Notes: a model not told the origin generated them from the sequence alone. A stretch of 64,000 nt of DNA from Gammaproteobacteria bacterium (GCA_015488885.1 WFMW01000012.1:38354-102353), one strand, 5' to 3'. Positions 40,739 to 52,961 are shown, counted from the first letter of the stretch. Translations and numbers: made by a program.

Positions 40739-43693
40739 ATGACCACCCATTATAACGCTAACCCTTCCACTGCCGATGATTCATCTGCCAGAGCGAACCA
40801 TCAGCCGTCAAGCCATGATTCAACACCGGTTCAGGCTGCTGGCCTGCACAATACCGCATCTATCGATAAACAGCTACGTGCGCGGGTAAAATTACTCGGC
40901 CATTTACTCGGTAATGTGCTGTTATCTCACGCCGGAGCAAAAGTTTACGATGCCGTTGAAAAATTACGCCAGGGCTTTATCGAATTGCATCAACAGGACG
41001 ACCCAAACCATCGTCAGCATCTGATGGCCCTGATTGAATCGCTGGATGCCAGCACTCTGTCACAGGTAGTACGGGCATTCAGTACCTATTTCAGTCTGGT
41101 GAATGTGGCCGAGGAAGCCGCCCAGTTGCAATTACGCCGCCAGCAAATGCGCAGCGATGAAATACTCTGGCGTGGTTCCTTTGATTCTGCATTAAGGGAT
41201 TTCAAAAACATGGGGATGTCCAGTGAGCGTTTACAAACCTTACTCGACCGACTGGCTTTTATTCCGGTCATTACCGCCCACCCCACCGAAGCCAAACCAC
41301 GCACGATTTTACACGCGCTACGCCGAATTTTTCTTACCAACGAAGAGTTGAACGATACCCGGCTGGGGAAAAAACAACGCGAGGAAGTGATTAACCAGCT
41401 GGAAACTCAGATCCAGATTCTGTGGCAAACCGATGAAGTCCGTACGACACGTCCACAGGTGCGTGATGAAATTAATAATGGCCTGTATTATTTTAAGGAA
41501 AGTCTGTTTCAGGCCATACCAGTCGTTTATCGGAATCTGGAACGTCAGCTACTCAAATATTATCCGCAGGCTCAGGTTCGACTACCCAGCTTTCTGCATT
41601 TTGGTTCCTGGATCGGCGGTGATCGTGACGGCAATCCTAATGTGAAAGCGGAAACCACCGCGCTAGCCATCTATTTGCAGTCAGAAACAGTGCTCGAAGA
41701 ATATGTACGTCGTTTACGCCACCTGTTTCGTCAGTTAACCCATTCCAGCCAGCTATGTACACCCAGCCGCGCATTCACTGAAAGCCTGAACCGCGACGAA
41801 CCGCTACGTTTTGAAGTTTTTACCAGTAAACCCACGATATACTGTGAAGCCCCCTATCGCCGTAAAATTGCCTTTATGCGCTACCGACTGCAACAGAATC
41901 TGGACAGAACCCGGGCGTTGATCAATGACCAGAGCGCAGACCTTAGCCTGTATCCACACGCCTATCCATCTGAACAGGCATTGCTGGATGACCTGCTGGT
42001 GATCAATGATTCACTAATTAGCCACGGCGATAACCGTATCGCTGATTTTGCCTTAAAAGATTTTATCCGCCTGGTTCAAACCTTTGGTTTTTATCTGATG
42101 CATCTTGATGTCAGGCAGGAATCGGCGGTACATACCGATGCGGTTATTGAAATTCTGCAACAGCTCGATCCGGCGATGGATTATGCCACCTGTGACGAAC
42201 AGCAACGCCTGAATTACCTGTCGCAACAAATCCGCCAGGCCGGTAAGCACCTGCATATTGATAAAACTGCACTCAGTGACAAAACCCGGGAAACCCTGGA
42301 CGTCTTTGCCGTCATAAAAAAACTCTCCGCAGAAATCAGCCCTCACGCCTTTGGTGAATATGTCATTTCCATGACCCATGAAGCCAGTCACATTATGGAA
42401 GTGATGTGGCTGGCCTCACTCAGCGGTCTGGCTGGCTGGGTTGACAGCCATCGGCATGAAGAAACCCGGCAGGATAAAAACAAAACCCCTGACTGCTTCT
42501 GCAATATTCATATCTCGCCACTGTTTGAAACCATTGAAGATCTGCACCGGATTGAAGCCGTACTCGGCCAGCTGTTTGCGAATGAAACCTATCATCAACT
42601 ATTGTCAGCCTCTGGCAAGCGCCAGGAAGTCATGCTGGGGTATTCCGATTCCTGTAAAGATGGCGGCATTCTGGCTTCATCATGGCAGTTGTATGAAGCC
42701 CAGCAGAAAGTTATTTCCCTGGCCGATGCCCGGCAGATAGACTGTCGTCTGTTTCATGGTCGTGGCGGTACCATTGGCCGTGGTGGCGGGCCAACGTATG
42801 AATCCATCCTCTCACAACCGGCCGGTACGGTTCACGGGCAGATTAAATTTACTGAACAGGGCGAAGTTCTGTCGAATAAATACAGCAATGCCGAAACCGC
42901 AGTTTACGAACTCACGCTGGGGATTACCGGTTTAATGCTGGCCAGCCGCCATCAGATGCTGCCCGGCACCAACCCCGAGACAGAAGAACACCGGCAGATT
43001 ATGCGTGAGCTGATGCAACGAGGGGAACAGAGTTACCGCCAGCTTACCGAGCAGACCGAAGGCTTTATGGATTATTTTTATGAAGCCACCCCGGTCAGTG
43101 AAATTGCCCTGCTGAATATCGGTTCGCGTCCATCACACCGCAAACCCGGCGATCGCTCACGCAGCTCGGTACGCGCCATTGGCTGGGTCTTTGGCTGGGC
43201 ACAATCACGGCACACCCTACCGGCATGGTATGGTATCGGTTCAGCATTGGAACAATGGATCGACCATCAACCTGAACGTCTGCAAACCCTGCAGGCTATG
43301 TATCAGCAATGGCCTTATTTCAGAGCCTTATTAAGTAACACTGAAATGGCTCTGTATAAAGCTGATATGAATACGGCTGCCGAATATGCAGCGCTGTGTC
43401 ATAACCCTGAAACACGTGAACGCGTTTACCAGCTCATTACCGATGAATGTGAACGCACCCGCAGCATTGCACTACAGGTTGCTAACCTGACCCACCTGCT
43501 TGATGACATACCGCCGTTATCCCTGTCTTTGATGCGACGCGACCCCTATCTCGACCCGCTTAACCATATTCAGGTAAAATTGCTGGGGCGCTACCGTGAT
43601 ACATCTGCAAATGAAAATGAACGTAAAAAGTGGCTACAACCTTTATTACGCAGCATCAATGCTATTGCTGCCGGCATGCGTAATACCGGGTAA
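40739..43693 (+). CDS. ppc: Phosphoenolpyruvate carboxylase
   Basis: VITAHPTEA, GYSDSCKDGG and FHGRGGTIGRGGGP active-site motifs and the C-terminal NTG. The start is set at the internal Met (MTTHYN). Even so, it retains a roughly 40 aa Ser/Ala-rich N-extension. Confidence 0.9.
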   Translation: MTTHYNANPSTADDSSARANHQPSSHDSTPVQAAGLHNTASIDKQLRARVKLLGHLLGNVLLSHAGAKVYDAVEKLRQGFIELHQQDDPNHRQHLMALIESLDASTLSQVVRAFSTYFSLVNVAEEAAQLQLRRQQMRSDEILWRGSFDSALRDFKNMGMSSERLQTLLDRLAFIPVITAHPTEAKPRTILHALRRIFLTNEELNDTRLGKKQREEVINQLETQIQILWQTDEVRTTRPQVRDEINNGLYYFKESLFQAIPVVYRNLERQLLKYYPQAQVRLPSFLHFGSWIGGDRDGNPNVKAETTALAIYLQSETVLEEYVRRLRHLFRQLTHSSQLCTPSRAFTESLNRDEPLRFEVFTSKPTIYCEAPYRRKIAFMRYRLQQNLDRTRALINDQSADLSLYPHAYPSEQALLDDLLVINDSLISHGDNRIADFALKDFIRLVQTFGFYLMHLDVRQESAVHTDAVIEILQQLDPAMDYATCDEQQRLNYLSQQIRQAGKHLHIDKTALSDKTRETLDVFAVIKKLSAEISPHAFGEYVISMTHEASHIMEVMWLASLSGLAGWVDSHRHEETRQDKNKTPDCFCNIHISPLFETIEDLHRIEAVLGQLFANETYHQLLSASGKRQEVMLGYSDSCKDGGILASSWQLYEAQQKVISLADARQIDCRLFHGRGGTIGRGGGPTYESILSQPAGTVHGQIKFTEQGEVLSNKYSNAETAVYELTLGITGLMLASRHQMLPGTNPETEEHRQIMRELMQRGEQSYRQLTEQTEGFMDYFYEATPVSEIALLNIGSRPSHRKPGDRSRSSVRAIGWVFGWAQSRHTLPAWYGIGSALEQWIDHQPERLQTLQAMYQQWPYFRALLSNTEMALYKADMNTAAEYAALCHNPETRERVYQLITDECERTRSIALQVANLTHLLDDIPPLSLSLMRRDPYLDPLNHIQVKLLGRYRDTSANENERKKWLQPLLRSINAIAAGMRNTG

Positions 43694-43702
43694 GGAGAGC
43701 CT

Positions 43703-43734
43703 AAAATTGACTGGCTATAAAATTGACTGGCTAT
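43703..43734. repeat. Perfect 16 bp tandem direct repeat (aaaattgactggctat x2) just after the ppc stop
   Basis: Direct inspection. Followed by a 10 bp IR gctctgcgtg (43749-43758) / cacgcagagc (43805-43814). Confidence 0.55.
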
Positions 43735-43886
43735 CATCTCGTTGCCATGCTCTGCGTGGAAATACATACAGAACGGGAAAAGTCTGACTGAGAGATGGAT
43801 TAGCACGCAGAGCGTGAGAGCCAGTCATCCATAATACACACCAAACCTCAATAAACCGGTCAGGCACAATTAATCTGTTGACGCTA

Positions 43887-44276
43887 TCAGGCAACCTGCA
43901 CAGGAATCTGAGCAGACGTACGGATAATCTGATTATTTTCGTCCAGATAGACCAGAGTGGGTTTAAAACTGGTGGCTTCCTGCGCCGATAGCCCCGCATA
44001 ACTACAGATAATAATCCGATCCCCCGGATTCGCTTTATGTGCAGCGGCACCATTAACCGAAATCAGCCCACTACCCGCTTCTGCCTGAATCGCATAGGTA
44101 GTAAAACGCTGGCCATTGTGCAGATTGTAAATCTGAATCTGCTCATACTCAATAATATTCGCTGCGTTTAACAGATCGGCGTCAATCGCACAGGAACCTT
44201 CATACTCCAGTTCGGAGTGGGTCACATGGGCATGATGCAGTTTGGATTTTAGTAAAGTCAGTTCCATATTTATCAT
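43887..44276 (-). CDS. panD: Aspartate 1-decarboxylase
   Basis: [20 protein letters not shown] contains the pyruvoyl-forming Gly-Ser. Aligns throughout with E. coli PanD. Confidence 0.85.
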   Translation of the reverse strand: MINMELTLLKSKLHHAHVTHSELEYEGSCAIDADLLNAANIIEYEQIQIYNLHNGQRFTTYAIQAEAGSGLISVNGAAAHKANPGDRIIICSYAGLSAQEATSFKPTLVYLDENNQIIRTSAQIPVQVA

Positions 44277-44355
44277 CTATCGAATTTAGCCACCTGAAAC
44301 AATATAATATACTCGAAAGCACGTATTAACTGCGTACTTTACAGTATATTATCGT

Positions 44356-45255
44356 TTATCTATCCACCGGCTTCAAGCTGAAACGCAGGTTATCGATTAA
44401 GCGGGTTGTACCCAGCCTGACAGCAGCTAGTATAATCAATGAGTTACAAACCTTTGAACCAGCTTTTTCCAGATAGTTCAGGCTATCTGTACAATCAGGT
44501 TTTTGCAGTGAAACAGGCTCACGAAGCGTTAAATAGTCCACCACAAAACCCTGTTGAGTCAGCTGCTGGATCATCTGTTGTTCAATATCGGTGAAATTAG
44601 CGCCTTGCATAACCTGATCACGCACTGTCTGCATAGCCTGGTAAATAATACCACTCTGCATACGTTGCACCGGTTGCAGATATTGATTGCGTGAACTCAT
44701 TGCCAGCCCGTCCGTTTCGCGCACTGTGGCCACAGATTGAATCTCAACCGGTATATTCAGGTCTTTCACCATTTTTCGTATCACCAGTAACTGCTGATAG
44801 TCTTTTTCACCAAAAAAAGCGATATCCGGCTGCACCATATTAAAGAGCTTGTTTACCACGGTGGCAACACCACGGAAAAAGCCGGGACGATATTCACCTT
44901 CAAGACAGTCTGATAACCCCGGCACGTCAATATAGGTGGACGAAATCTCGTTATCAGGATACATTTCACCGACATCCGGCGCAAAAACAGCATCGACCTG
45001 ATATTGCCGGAGTTTGTCGATATCTTCAGCGAAAGTGCGGGGATAACTGGCAAAATCTTCATTAGGAGCAAACTGTAGTGGGTTCACAAAAATACTCACA
45101 ACCGTGCGTGTTGCCTGCTCTTTTGCCGCCCTGACCAGTGACAGATGCCCGTCATGCAAATTACCCATGGTTGGCACCAGCGCAATGCTCTCAGCCTGCT
45201 GTTTCCAGTCGGCAAGATGTTTACGCAAGGCTTTGACTGAACGGGTAATCAACAT
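44356..45255 (-). CDS. panC: Pantoate--beta-alanine ligase
   Basis: PTMGNLHDGHLSLV (HIGH-like) motif, 299 aa. Confidence 0.9.
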   Translation of the reverse strand: MLITRSVKALRKHLADWKQQAESIALVPTMGNLHDGHLSLVRAAKEQATRTVVSIFVNPLQFAPNEDFASYPRTFAEDIDKLRQYQVDAVFAPDVGEMYPDNEISSTYIDVPGLSDCLEGEYRPGFFRGVATVVNKLFNMVQPDIAFFGEKDYQQLLVIRKMVKDLNIPVEIQSVATVRETDGLAMSSRNQYLQPVQRMQSGIIYQAMQTVRDQVMQGANFTDIEQQMIQQLTQQGFVVDYLTLREPVSLQKPDCTDSLNYLEKAGSKVCNSLIILAAVRLGTTRLIDNLRFSLKPVDR

Positions 45256-45311
45256 AAGGCAAACGAAGCAGGAGAAATAGCGTACAAAACCATTAAACCT
45301 GCATACTCAAA

Positions 45312-46130
45312 TCAATGAAAGCTGTGTTCTTCAGCTGGGAAAGTCCCTGATTTAACGGCTTCAACATACGCCTTGATAGCGGTTTCAATACTGCCCGCCG
45401 ATTCGATAAAATTTTTACTGAATTTAGGCCGTAAACCAAAACTGATATCAAGAATATCATATAACACCAGAATCTGACCATCACAGTGTGCACCTGCACC
45501 AATGCCAATAACCGGAATCGTCAGTTTATCGGTAATTTGAGCGGCAAGTGCCTGCGGTACACATTCCAGTAACATTAAATCTGCACCTGCCTGTTGCAAT
45601 ACCAGTGCATCATCCAGCATCCGCTCTGCGCTACGCTGGTCACGTCCCTGTACCCGATACCCACCCAGCTTGTACACATGTTGCGGTTGTAAGCCAAGAT
45701 GCGCGCAGACCGGGATACCCTGCGTGCTCAAAGCCTGGATAATACTGGCCTGCTCACTGCCACCTTCAAGCTTGACCATTTGTGCCCCGGCCTGCTTGAT
45801 TAAACGTCCGGCATTGCGCAAAGCCTCTGTTACCGAGGTAAAACTCAGAAACGACATATCCGCCATTAACAGACTATGCTGCAAACCCCTGGCCACACTG
45901 CGGGTATGATAAAGCATCGCCCGCATATCAACCGGCAAAGTTGTGTCATGACCCTGAATAACCATACCCAGTGAATCACCAACCAGCACCACATCCACCC
46001 CGCAACGATCCAGTAAAGCGGCAAAACTGGCATCATAGGCCGTCAGACAGACAATTTTTTCACCAGCCTGTTTCTTTTTATGTAAATCAGTCAGGCTAAG
46101 CTGATGACTCATATCAATGTTTGCACTCAT
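45312..46130 (-). CDS. panB: 3-methyl-2-oxobutanoate hydroxymethyltransferase
   Basis: CLTAYD, VLVGDSLGMV and GIGAGAHCDGQILV motifs. The exact start is ambiguous (an internal MSHQ is also possible). Confidence 0.85.
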   Translation of the reverse strand: MSANIDMSHQLSLTDLHKKKQAGEKIVCLTAYDASFAALLDRCGVDVVLVGDSLGMVIQGHDTTLPVDMRAMLYHTRSVARGLQHSLLMADMSFLSFTSVTEALRNAGRLIKQAGAQMVKLEGGSEQASIIQALSTQGIPVCAHLGLQPQHVYKLGGYRVQGRDQRSAERMLDDALVLQQAGADLMLLECVPQALAAQITDKLTIPVIGIGAGAHCDGQILVLYDILDISFGLRPKFSKNFIESAGSIETAIKAYVEAVKSGTFPAEEHSFH

Positions 46131-46148
46131 AAGGTTATGTATTCAAGG

Positions 46149-47471
46149 TTAACCAGACGTTTTGTCCGCATTGGTATTAATACGAAATTCAGCTGAACCC
46201 GCATGCGCGCTCAGACCCTCACCATGAGCCAGCACAGCAGCAACTTTACCCAGTTGCGATGCACCTGCGGCGGAACAACCAATTAAACTGCTGCGTTTCT
46301 GGAAGTCATACACGCCCAGTGGCGAGGAAAAACGGGCAGTACCCGAAGTTGGCAGCACATGGTTAGGCCCGGCGCAATAATCGCCTAAGGCTTCAGCCGT
46401 GTAGCGCCCCATAAAAATGGCACCGGCATGGTGAATTTTCTGCGCCCATGACTCGGCATTTTCTACCGATAGTTCGAGATGTTCCGGGGCAATATGATTG
46501 GCAATGTTAATCGCAGAATCCATATTATCGGTTTGAATAAAGACCGCACGATTTTCCAGCGAAGCCTGAATAATTGCCTTGCGTGGCATGCTGACCAGCA
46601 ATTTAGCCATGCTGTTTTTTACCTGTTCGATAAACGCATCATCAGGACAGACCAGAATGGACTGCGCTTCTTCATCATGTTCAGCCTGCGAAAACAGATC
46701 CATGGCAATCCAGTCAGGATTGGTTTTCGCATCACACACCACCAGAATTTCAGATGGACCGGCAATCATATCAATGCCCACAACACCATATACCATACGT
46801 TTTGCTGTGGCGACATAGGAATTGCCCGGGCCGGTAATTTTATCGACTTTGGGTATGGTTCCAGTACCATAAGCCAGTGCGGCAATGGCCTGCGCACCAC
46901 CAATGGTGAAAACACGATCCACCCCGGCGATAGCTGCTGCTGCCAGAACCAGATTATTTTTCTCACCATCAGGGGTTGGCACGACCATAATCAGTTCTGC
47001 TACCCCGGCAACTTTTGCCGGAACCGCATTCATTAAAACCGAAGAGGGATAAGCGGCTTTACCACCGGGCACATACAGACCAACCCGATCCATGGGGGTC
47101 ACCTTCTGCCCCAGCACTGTTCCATCTGCCTCAGTATAGCTCCATGACTGTAGCTTTTGCCGTTCAGCATAGCGACCAATACGTTGGGCAGCCAGTTCCA
47201 GTGCCTCACGTTGATCTTTATTGATATCAGCTAATGCCTGCTGCAGACGGTCAGGATAAATTTCCAGCGCCTCGGCAGTATGCAACTGCATACGGTCAAA
47301 GCGATTGGTATATTCCAGTAGTGCCTGATCGCCGCGTTGCTTTACATCAGCCAGGATAGCACTCACAGTCTGTGATACCTGACTGTCAATATTCATTTCC
47401 CAGGCCAGTGCAGCATCAAGCTGTACCCAGAAATCTTCATTTGCCGAAGATAATAATTTAATATTCAACAT
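46149..47471 (-). CDS. hisD: Histidinol dehydrogenase
   Basis: Zn/NAD motifs (QAEHDEE...HLE) and IAGPSE. Start set at MLNIKLL, 4 nt after the hisG stop. Confidence 0.9.
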   Translation of the reverse strand: MLNIKLLSSANEDFWVQLDAALAWEMNIDSQVSQTVSAILADVKQRGDQALLEYTNRFDRMQLHTAEALEIYPDRLQQALADINKDQREALELAAQRIGRYAERQKLQSWSYTEADGTVLGQKVTPMDRVGLYVPGGKAAYPSSVLMNAVPAKVAGVAELIMVVPTPDGEKNNLVLAAAAIAGVDRVFTIGGAQAIAALAYGTGTIPKVDKITGPGNSYVATAKRMVYGVVGIDMIAGPSEILVVCDAKTNPDWIAMDLFSQAEHDEEAQSILVCPDDAFIEQVKNSMAKLLVSMPRKAIIQASLENRAVFIQTDNMDSAINIANHIAPEHLELSVENAESWAQKIHHAGAIFMGRYTAEALGDYCAGPNHVLPTSGTARFSSPLGVYDFQKRSSLIGCSAAGASQLGKVAAVLAHGEGLSAHAGSAEFRINTNADKTSG

Positions 47472-47478
47472 CGTAAAA

Positions 47479-48117
47479 TTACACCGCCTGGCGAACCTGT
47501 TCAATAATCGTTGCAATACGCCGGTGTTTCATTTTCATTGATGCTTTATTGACCACTAAACGCGAGCTAATATCAGCAATATGGTCAACCGGTATTAAAC
47601 CGTTGGCTTTCAGTGTATTACCGGTATCCACGACATCGACAATTAAATCAGACAGGCCAACGACCGGCCCCAGTTCCATCGAACCATAGAGTTTGATTAA
47701 TTCAACCTGTTCACCCCGCGATGCAAAATAACGTTTTGCCACCCGGGTAAATTTGGTCGCCACCCGCAGGTGCCCATTGATGCGTGGCCGGGGGTTGACC
47801 AGACCTGCCGTCATTAATTTACAACGTGCAATTTTTAAATCCAGAGGTTCATACAAACCCTCACCGCCATGTTCCATCAATACATCTTTTCCCGCTACCC
47901 CCAGATCAGCAGCACCAAACTGGACGTAAGTTGGCACATCAGTGGCGCGGATAATAAGTAGTTTTATATCATCATGATTGGTATCAAGAATCAGTTTACG
48001 GCTTTTTTCAGGGTCATCAGCAGGCACAATATCAGCCGCTGCCAGCAACGGCAGGGTCTCTTTGAAAATACGTCCTTTGGACAGGGCAATGGTTATTTTA
48101 TTTACTGAATCGGTCAT
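47479..48117 (-). CDS. hisG: ATP phosphoribosyltransferase, short form
   Basis: 212 aa, lacking the C-terminal regulatory domain. Typical of HisZ-dependent HisG. Confidence 0.85.
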   Translation of the reverse strand: MTDSVNKITIALSKGRIFKETLPLLAAADIVPADDPEKSRKLILDTNHDDIKLLIIRATDVPTYVQFGAADLGVAGKDVLMEHGGEGLYEPLDLKIARCKLMTAGLVNPRPRINGHLRVATKFTRVAKRYFASRGEQVELIKLYGSMELGPVVGLSDLIVDVVDTGNTLKANGLIPVDHIADISSRLVVNKASMKMKHRRIATIIEQVRQAV

Positions 48118-48200
48118 TGGGTGTCGGCTTGAGTCATAAATGTTTGCGTAATAAATGAATGTATTTTACTAATACCTTGCCTGTCAGAAAATGTATTTCT

Positions 48201-48228
48201 CAGATAGATTTTATCAGATAGATTTTAT
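48201..48228. repeat. Perfect 14 bp tandem direct repeat (cagatagattttat x2) between murA and hisG
   Basis: Direct inspection. Lies 13 nt after the murA stop, in the hisG leader/promoter region. Confidence 0.5.
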
Positions 48229-48241
48229 CAAACAGGCTTTA

Positions 48242-49516
<1,275 letters not shown>

Positions 49517-49529
49517 TCAGGCGACACCA

Positions 49530-49868
49530 TTAAGACTCACTCATCGTGTTCAGAGTCATAGTATTTAAAGATTTATCAACACCATAAGCTCTGGCTATTA
49601 TTTCCATTTGTGGTGACATATTGCTGATCTTCATGGTTTTATTTAGTGACAGGGCAATACGGTTTATCTCAAGTAATAATGCAATGCCCGCACTATCGCT
49701 GTCTTTCACTTTTTCCAGATTCACTTCAAAATGATTAGTGGGTAAATGCTGCAGGGCTTTTTGTGCAGACATGACTAATGCGGGTACCGTTACAAAATTG
49801 AGCACGCCCTGTAATACAAAGCTGTGCTTATCAGTAAGATTTATATCAGCCTGAACCTCTGTTTTCAT
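49530..49868 (-). CDS. mlaB: STAS-domain protein MlaB-like
   Basis: 112 aa STAS-like pattern (..VLQGVLNFVTV...VNLEKVKDSDSAGIALLLEI). Position after mlaC as in E. coli mlaFEDCB. Confidence 0.6.
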   Translation of the reverse strand: MKTEVQADINLTDKHSFVLQGVLNFVTVPALVMSAQKALQHLPTNHFEVNLEKVKDSDSAGIALLLEINRIALSLNKTMKISNMSPQMEIIARAYGVDKSLNTMTLNTMSES

Positions 49869-49907
49869 AAAATCAACTCGTGAAAAAACAAGAACTTTGT
49901 ATACCCG

Positions 49908-50588
49908 CTAAGTATTCTCAGCTTCTTTTTTATTTGTAAGTGAGTCTTGCAAAGGTTTTAACTTACCATTTTTTTCGTGCAAATAATTCAGCAGACCATT
50001 TATGCCCCCTTTGCGAACTTCCTGCGTAAACGTACCACGGTAACTGGTTACCAGACTAATCCCATCTACTTTAATATCGTAAACTTTCCAGGTATTATTT
50101 TTAAGCCGTACACGATAAACCAGTGGTACCGGTGGGCCACCCGGCTGAATAACTTCTGCTCTGACAGAAGCAATTTTTGCATTACCCTTTAACCTGAGTG
50201 GAAAAAAATTTATCTGTTGATTTTTATATTCTAACAGGGATTTACTATAGGTTCTTATCAACAAGGTTCTAAACTCATTAATAAACCTCAGTTTCTGCGC
50301 GCGACTCGCTTTGCGCCAGTTTTTCCCCAGCGCAAGCTTGGCCATGGTAATATCATCAAGATTAGGCAAAATATAATTATTTACAATTTCATATACCTTA
50401 TCTGGATGAGCTTTTAACGTTGCCTTTTCATTAACCAGTATTTGAATCACATTACTGGAAATGGTTCTTAATAATTCTACAGGTGAGCCAGCATCAGCGG
50501 CCAGAATCGTTTTTGTATTCAGCAGAACGATACTTAGTACCAATAACAATAACCAGCTCCGTTGCTGTTTTCGTAATATCATTTTCAT
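49908..50588 (-). CDS. mlaC: Phospholipid-binding periplasmic protein MlaC (Ttg2D family)
   Basis: Signal peptide, about 200 aa mature protein, and operon position. Confidence 0.75.
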   Translation of the reverse strand: MKMILRKQQRSWLLLLVLSIVLLNTKTILAADAGSPVELLRTISSNVIQILVNEKATLKAHPDKVYEIVNNYILPNLDDITMAKLALGKNWRKASRAQKLRFINEFRTLLIRTYSKSLLEYKNQQINFFPLRLKGNAKIASVRAEVIQPGGPPVPLVYRVRLKNNTWKVYDIKVDGISLVTSYRGTFTQEVRKGGINGLLNYLHEKNGKLKPLQDSLTNKKEAENT

Positions 50589-50626
50589 TATATCGTTATT
50601 CTATCTATTGAGTTTCTATTGAGTTT

Positions 50627-51100
50627 CTATTTCGTTTTTTTATCATCAGAAGACTTACCGTAAAGAAACTGGCCTATTATCTGTTCAAGGACAATGGCAG
50701 ACTGTGTCAGTTCAATAGTATCACCCTGTTTAAGATATTGATCTTCCGCCCCGGGATCCAGACCGATATACTGTTCGCCCAATAGCCCCGATGTCAGTAC
50801 ACTGGCAGCAGTATCGGTGGGAAATTTATTATATTTTGAATCAATTTTCATTTTAACAACAGCTTCATAGCTATTACTGTTGTATTCAATGTCTGTCACT
50901 CGACCAACCACCACCCCACTGGCGGATACTCTGGAGCGCACTTTTAAACCACCGATATTATCAAAATCTGCACTTACAACATAACCTTTATCATCATTGT
51001 AACTACTCATATTACTCACACTCATTGCCAGCATAAAAAAAGCGGCAATCGCACCAGCAGCAAATAGCCCAACAGTAATTTCAACTTTTCGTGTATTCAT
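50627..51100 (-). CDS. mlaD: MCE-domain protein MlaD
   Basis: N-terminal TM followed by an MCE domain (GLKVRSRVSASGVVVGRVTDIEY). Confidence 0.8.
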   Translation of the reverse strand: MNTRKVEITVGLFAAGAIAAFFMLAMSVSNMSSYNDDKGYVVSADFDNIGGLKVRSRVSASGVVVGRVTDIEYNSNSYEAVVKMKIDSKYNKFPTDTAASVLTSGLLGEQYIGLDPGAEDQYLKQGDTIELTQSAIVLEQIIGQFLYGKSSDDKKTK

Positions 51101-51169
51101 TTATTACTCCAACAAACCATAGTCTTGATGTTCAGTTATTTTCTGGACAGTTATTTTCTGGACACGCGG

Positions 51170-51949
51170 TTATTTTGAAAACATAATTGCCGTTAATACA
51201 AAGTCAAGGAATAAAACTGCTAGCGAACTATGCACAACAGTACGTGTCGTTGCCTGCCCCAGTCCTTCAGAGGTGGGAATACAGTCATAGCCCTCAAACA
51301 CGGCTATCCAGCTGGCAATCACGCCAAAGACAAAACTTTTTAAAATACCATTATAAATATCATGGTATAAATCCACCTTCGCCTGAGCCTGTGACCAGAA
51401 AGAACCATAATCCAGCCCCAGCAAAATAACCGCAACAAAATAAGCACCTATAATACCCACTGCACAGAAGATAATACCCAGCATTGGCATAGAAATAACA
51501 CCGGCCAGAAATCGTGGTGCTATCACCCTTTGCAATGGATTCACTGCCATCATTTCCATACCAGAAAGTTGTTCGGTCGCTTTCATTAAACCGATTTCGG
51601 CAGTTAATGCCGAACCGGCACGCCCGGCAAACAATAAGGCCGTTACCACGGGCCCCAGTTCACGCACCAGCGATAGCGCAACCATCACACCCACTGAATC
51701 TTCGGCACCAAAATCAACCAGCGCATAATACGATTGCAGCGCCAGCACCATACCAACAAACAAACCTGCAACCACAACAATAATCAGGGTTTGCACGCCC
51801 ACTGAATACATCTGTTTAACTAACAGCCCGGGGCGAACCAGCAGGCTGCCACAACTGGCGAATACCTGGAGTAAAAACACATGGCCACGTCCCAGTCGCT
51901 GAAAAAATGTAATAATGAAATGACCCAGTTTCTGTAATAATGCAAACAT
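51170..51949 (-). CDS. mlaE: ABC permease MlaE
   Basis: 259 aa polytopic protein immediately after mlaF, MlaE-like throughout. Confidence 0.85.
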   Translation of the reverse strand: MFALLQKLGHFIITFFQRLGRGHVFLLQVFASCGSLLVRPGLLVKQMYSVGVQTLIIVVVAGLFVGMVLALQSYYALVDFGAEDSVGVMVALSLVRELGPVVTALLFAGRAGSALTAEIGLMKATEQLSGMEMMAVNPLQRVIAPRFLAGVISMPMLGIIFCAVGIIGAYFVAVILLGLDYGSFWSQAQAKVDLYHDIYNGILKSFVFGVIASWIAVFEGYDCIPTSEGLGQATTRTVVHSSLAVLFLDFVLTAIMFSK

Positions 51950-51951
51950 GG

Positions 51952-52776
51952 TTATTCTAATCCTTTCATTTGATAAAGGTCATCCATTAACGGCGGGGCG
52001 GGATAATGGAAAGGTACCGGCCCATCGGGCAGAGCCTCAATAAACTGTCGTGTCCACGCCGACTGGCTTTTACTCATCGCCTCCGGTGTGCCTTTATCTA
52101 CCACCTTGCCATCAGAAATCAGATAGATGTAATCAGCGATGGACAGAGTTTCGGGCACATCATGCGAAACCACAATACTGCAAACATCAAGTGCACTGTT
52201 TAATTCACCAATTAAACGTACCAGCACGCCCATTGATATGGGATCCTGGCCGGTAAAAGGTTCATCATACATAATCATCATCGGATCGAGTGCAATCGCC
52301 CTTGCCATCGCCACCCGCCTGGCCATACCACCGGATAGTTCCGCAGGCATCAATTGCGCTGCACCACGTAAACCCACTGCATTGAGCTTCATCAAAACCA
52401 GTTCATGAATCATCGGCTGACTCAATCTGGTATGTTCACGCAGTGGATAAGCAACATTTTCGAATACGGTTAAATCGGTTAACAAAGCACCAGATTGAAA
52501 TAACATACCCATGCGTTTACGTAACTTAAACAGTTCGACGCTACTTAGCTGGTGCACATTGAGGCCATCAACCTCAATCAGACCGGCATCGGGTGTTAAT
52601 TGGCCGCCAATAAGTTTGAGCAATGTCGTTTTACCAGTACCACTCGGCCCCATAATTGCGGTAATACCCTTACGCGGAATTTCCATGGTTAAACCATCAA
52701 AGATTTTATGCTCACCGCGACTGAAAGATAAATCAGTAATGGTGACCAGAATATCGCTGCCAGAATTATTACTCAA
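51952..52776 (-). CDS. mlaF: ABC ATP-binding protein MlaF
   Basis: Walker A GPSGTGKTT, signature LSGGMARRVAMARA and Walker B MIMYDEP. Confidence 0.85.
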   Translation of the reverse strand: MSNNSGSDILVTITDLSFSRGEHKIFDGLTMEIPRKGITAIMGPSGTGKTTLLKLIGGQLTPDAGLIEVDGLNVHQLSSVELFKLRKRMGMLFQSGALLTDLTVFENVAYPLREHTRLSQPMIHELVLMKLNAVGLRGAAQLMPAELSGGMARRVAMARAIALDPMMIMYDEPFTGQDPISMGVLVRLIGELNSALDVCSIVVSHDVPETLSIADYIYLISDGKVVDKGTPEAMSKSQSAWTRQFIEALPDGPVPFHYPAPPLMDDLYQMKGLE

Positions 52777-52961
52777 GAAGCCAGACCTATATTTAATTGA
52801 AAGTATGTCATTGAAAGAATGTTGCGGATTCTAACATCTATACACCAGTCCGAACACACCCATGCCCATGCAATCGATGACTTATCCATCATTTTCATAA
52901 AATTATTGGCTTAAGCATGGACATAGCGTAACCTTCGCGGGTTAATTTAATTATTTTTAAT

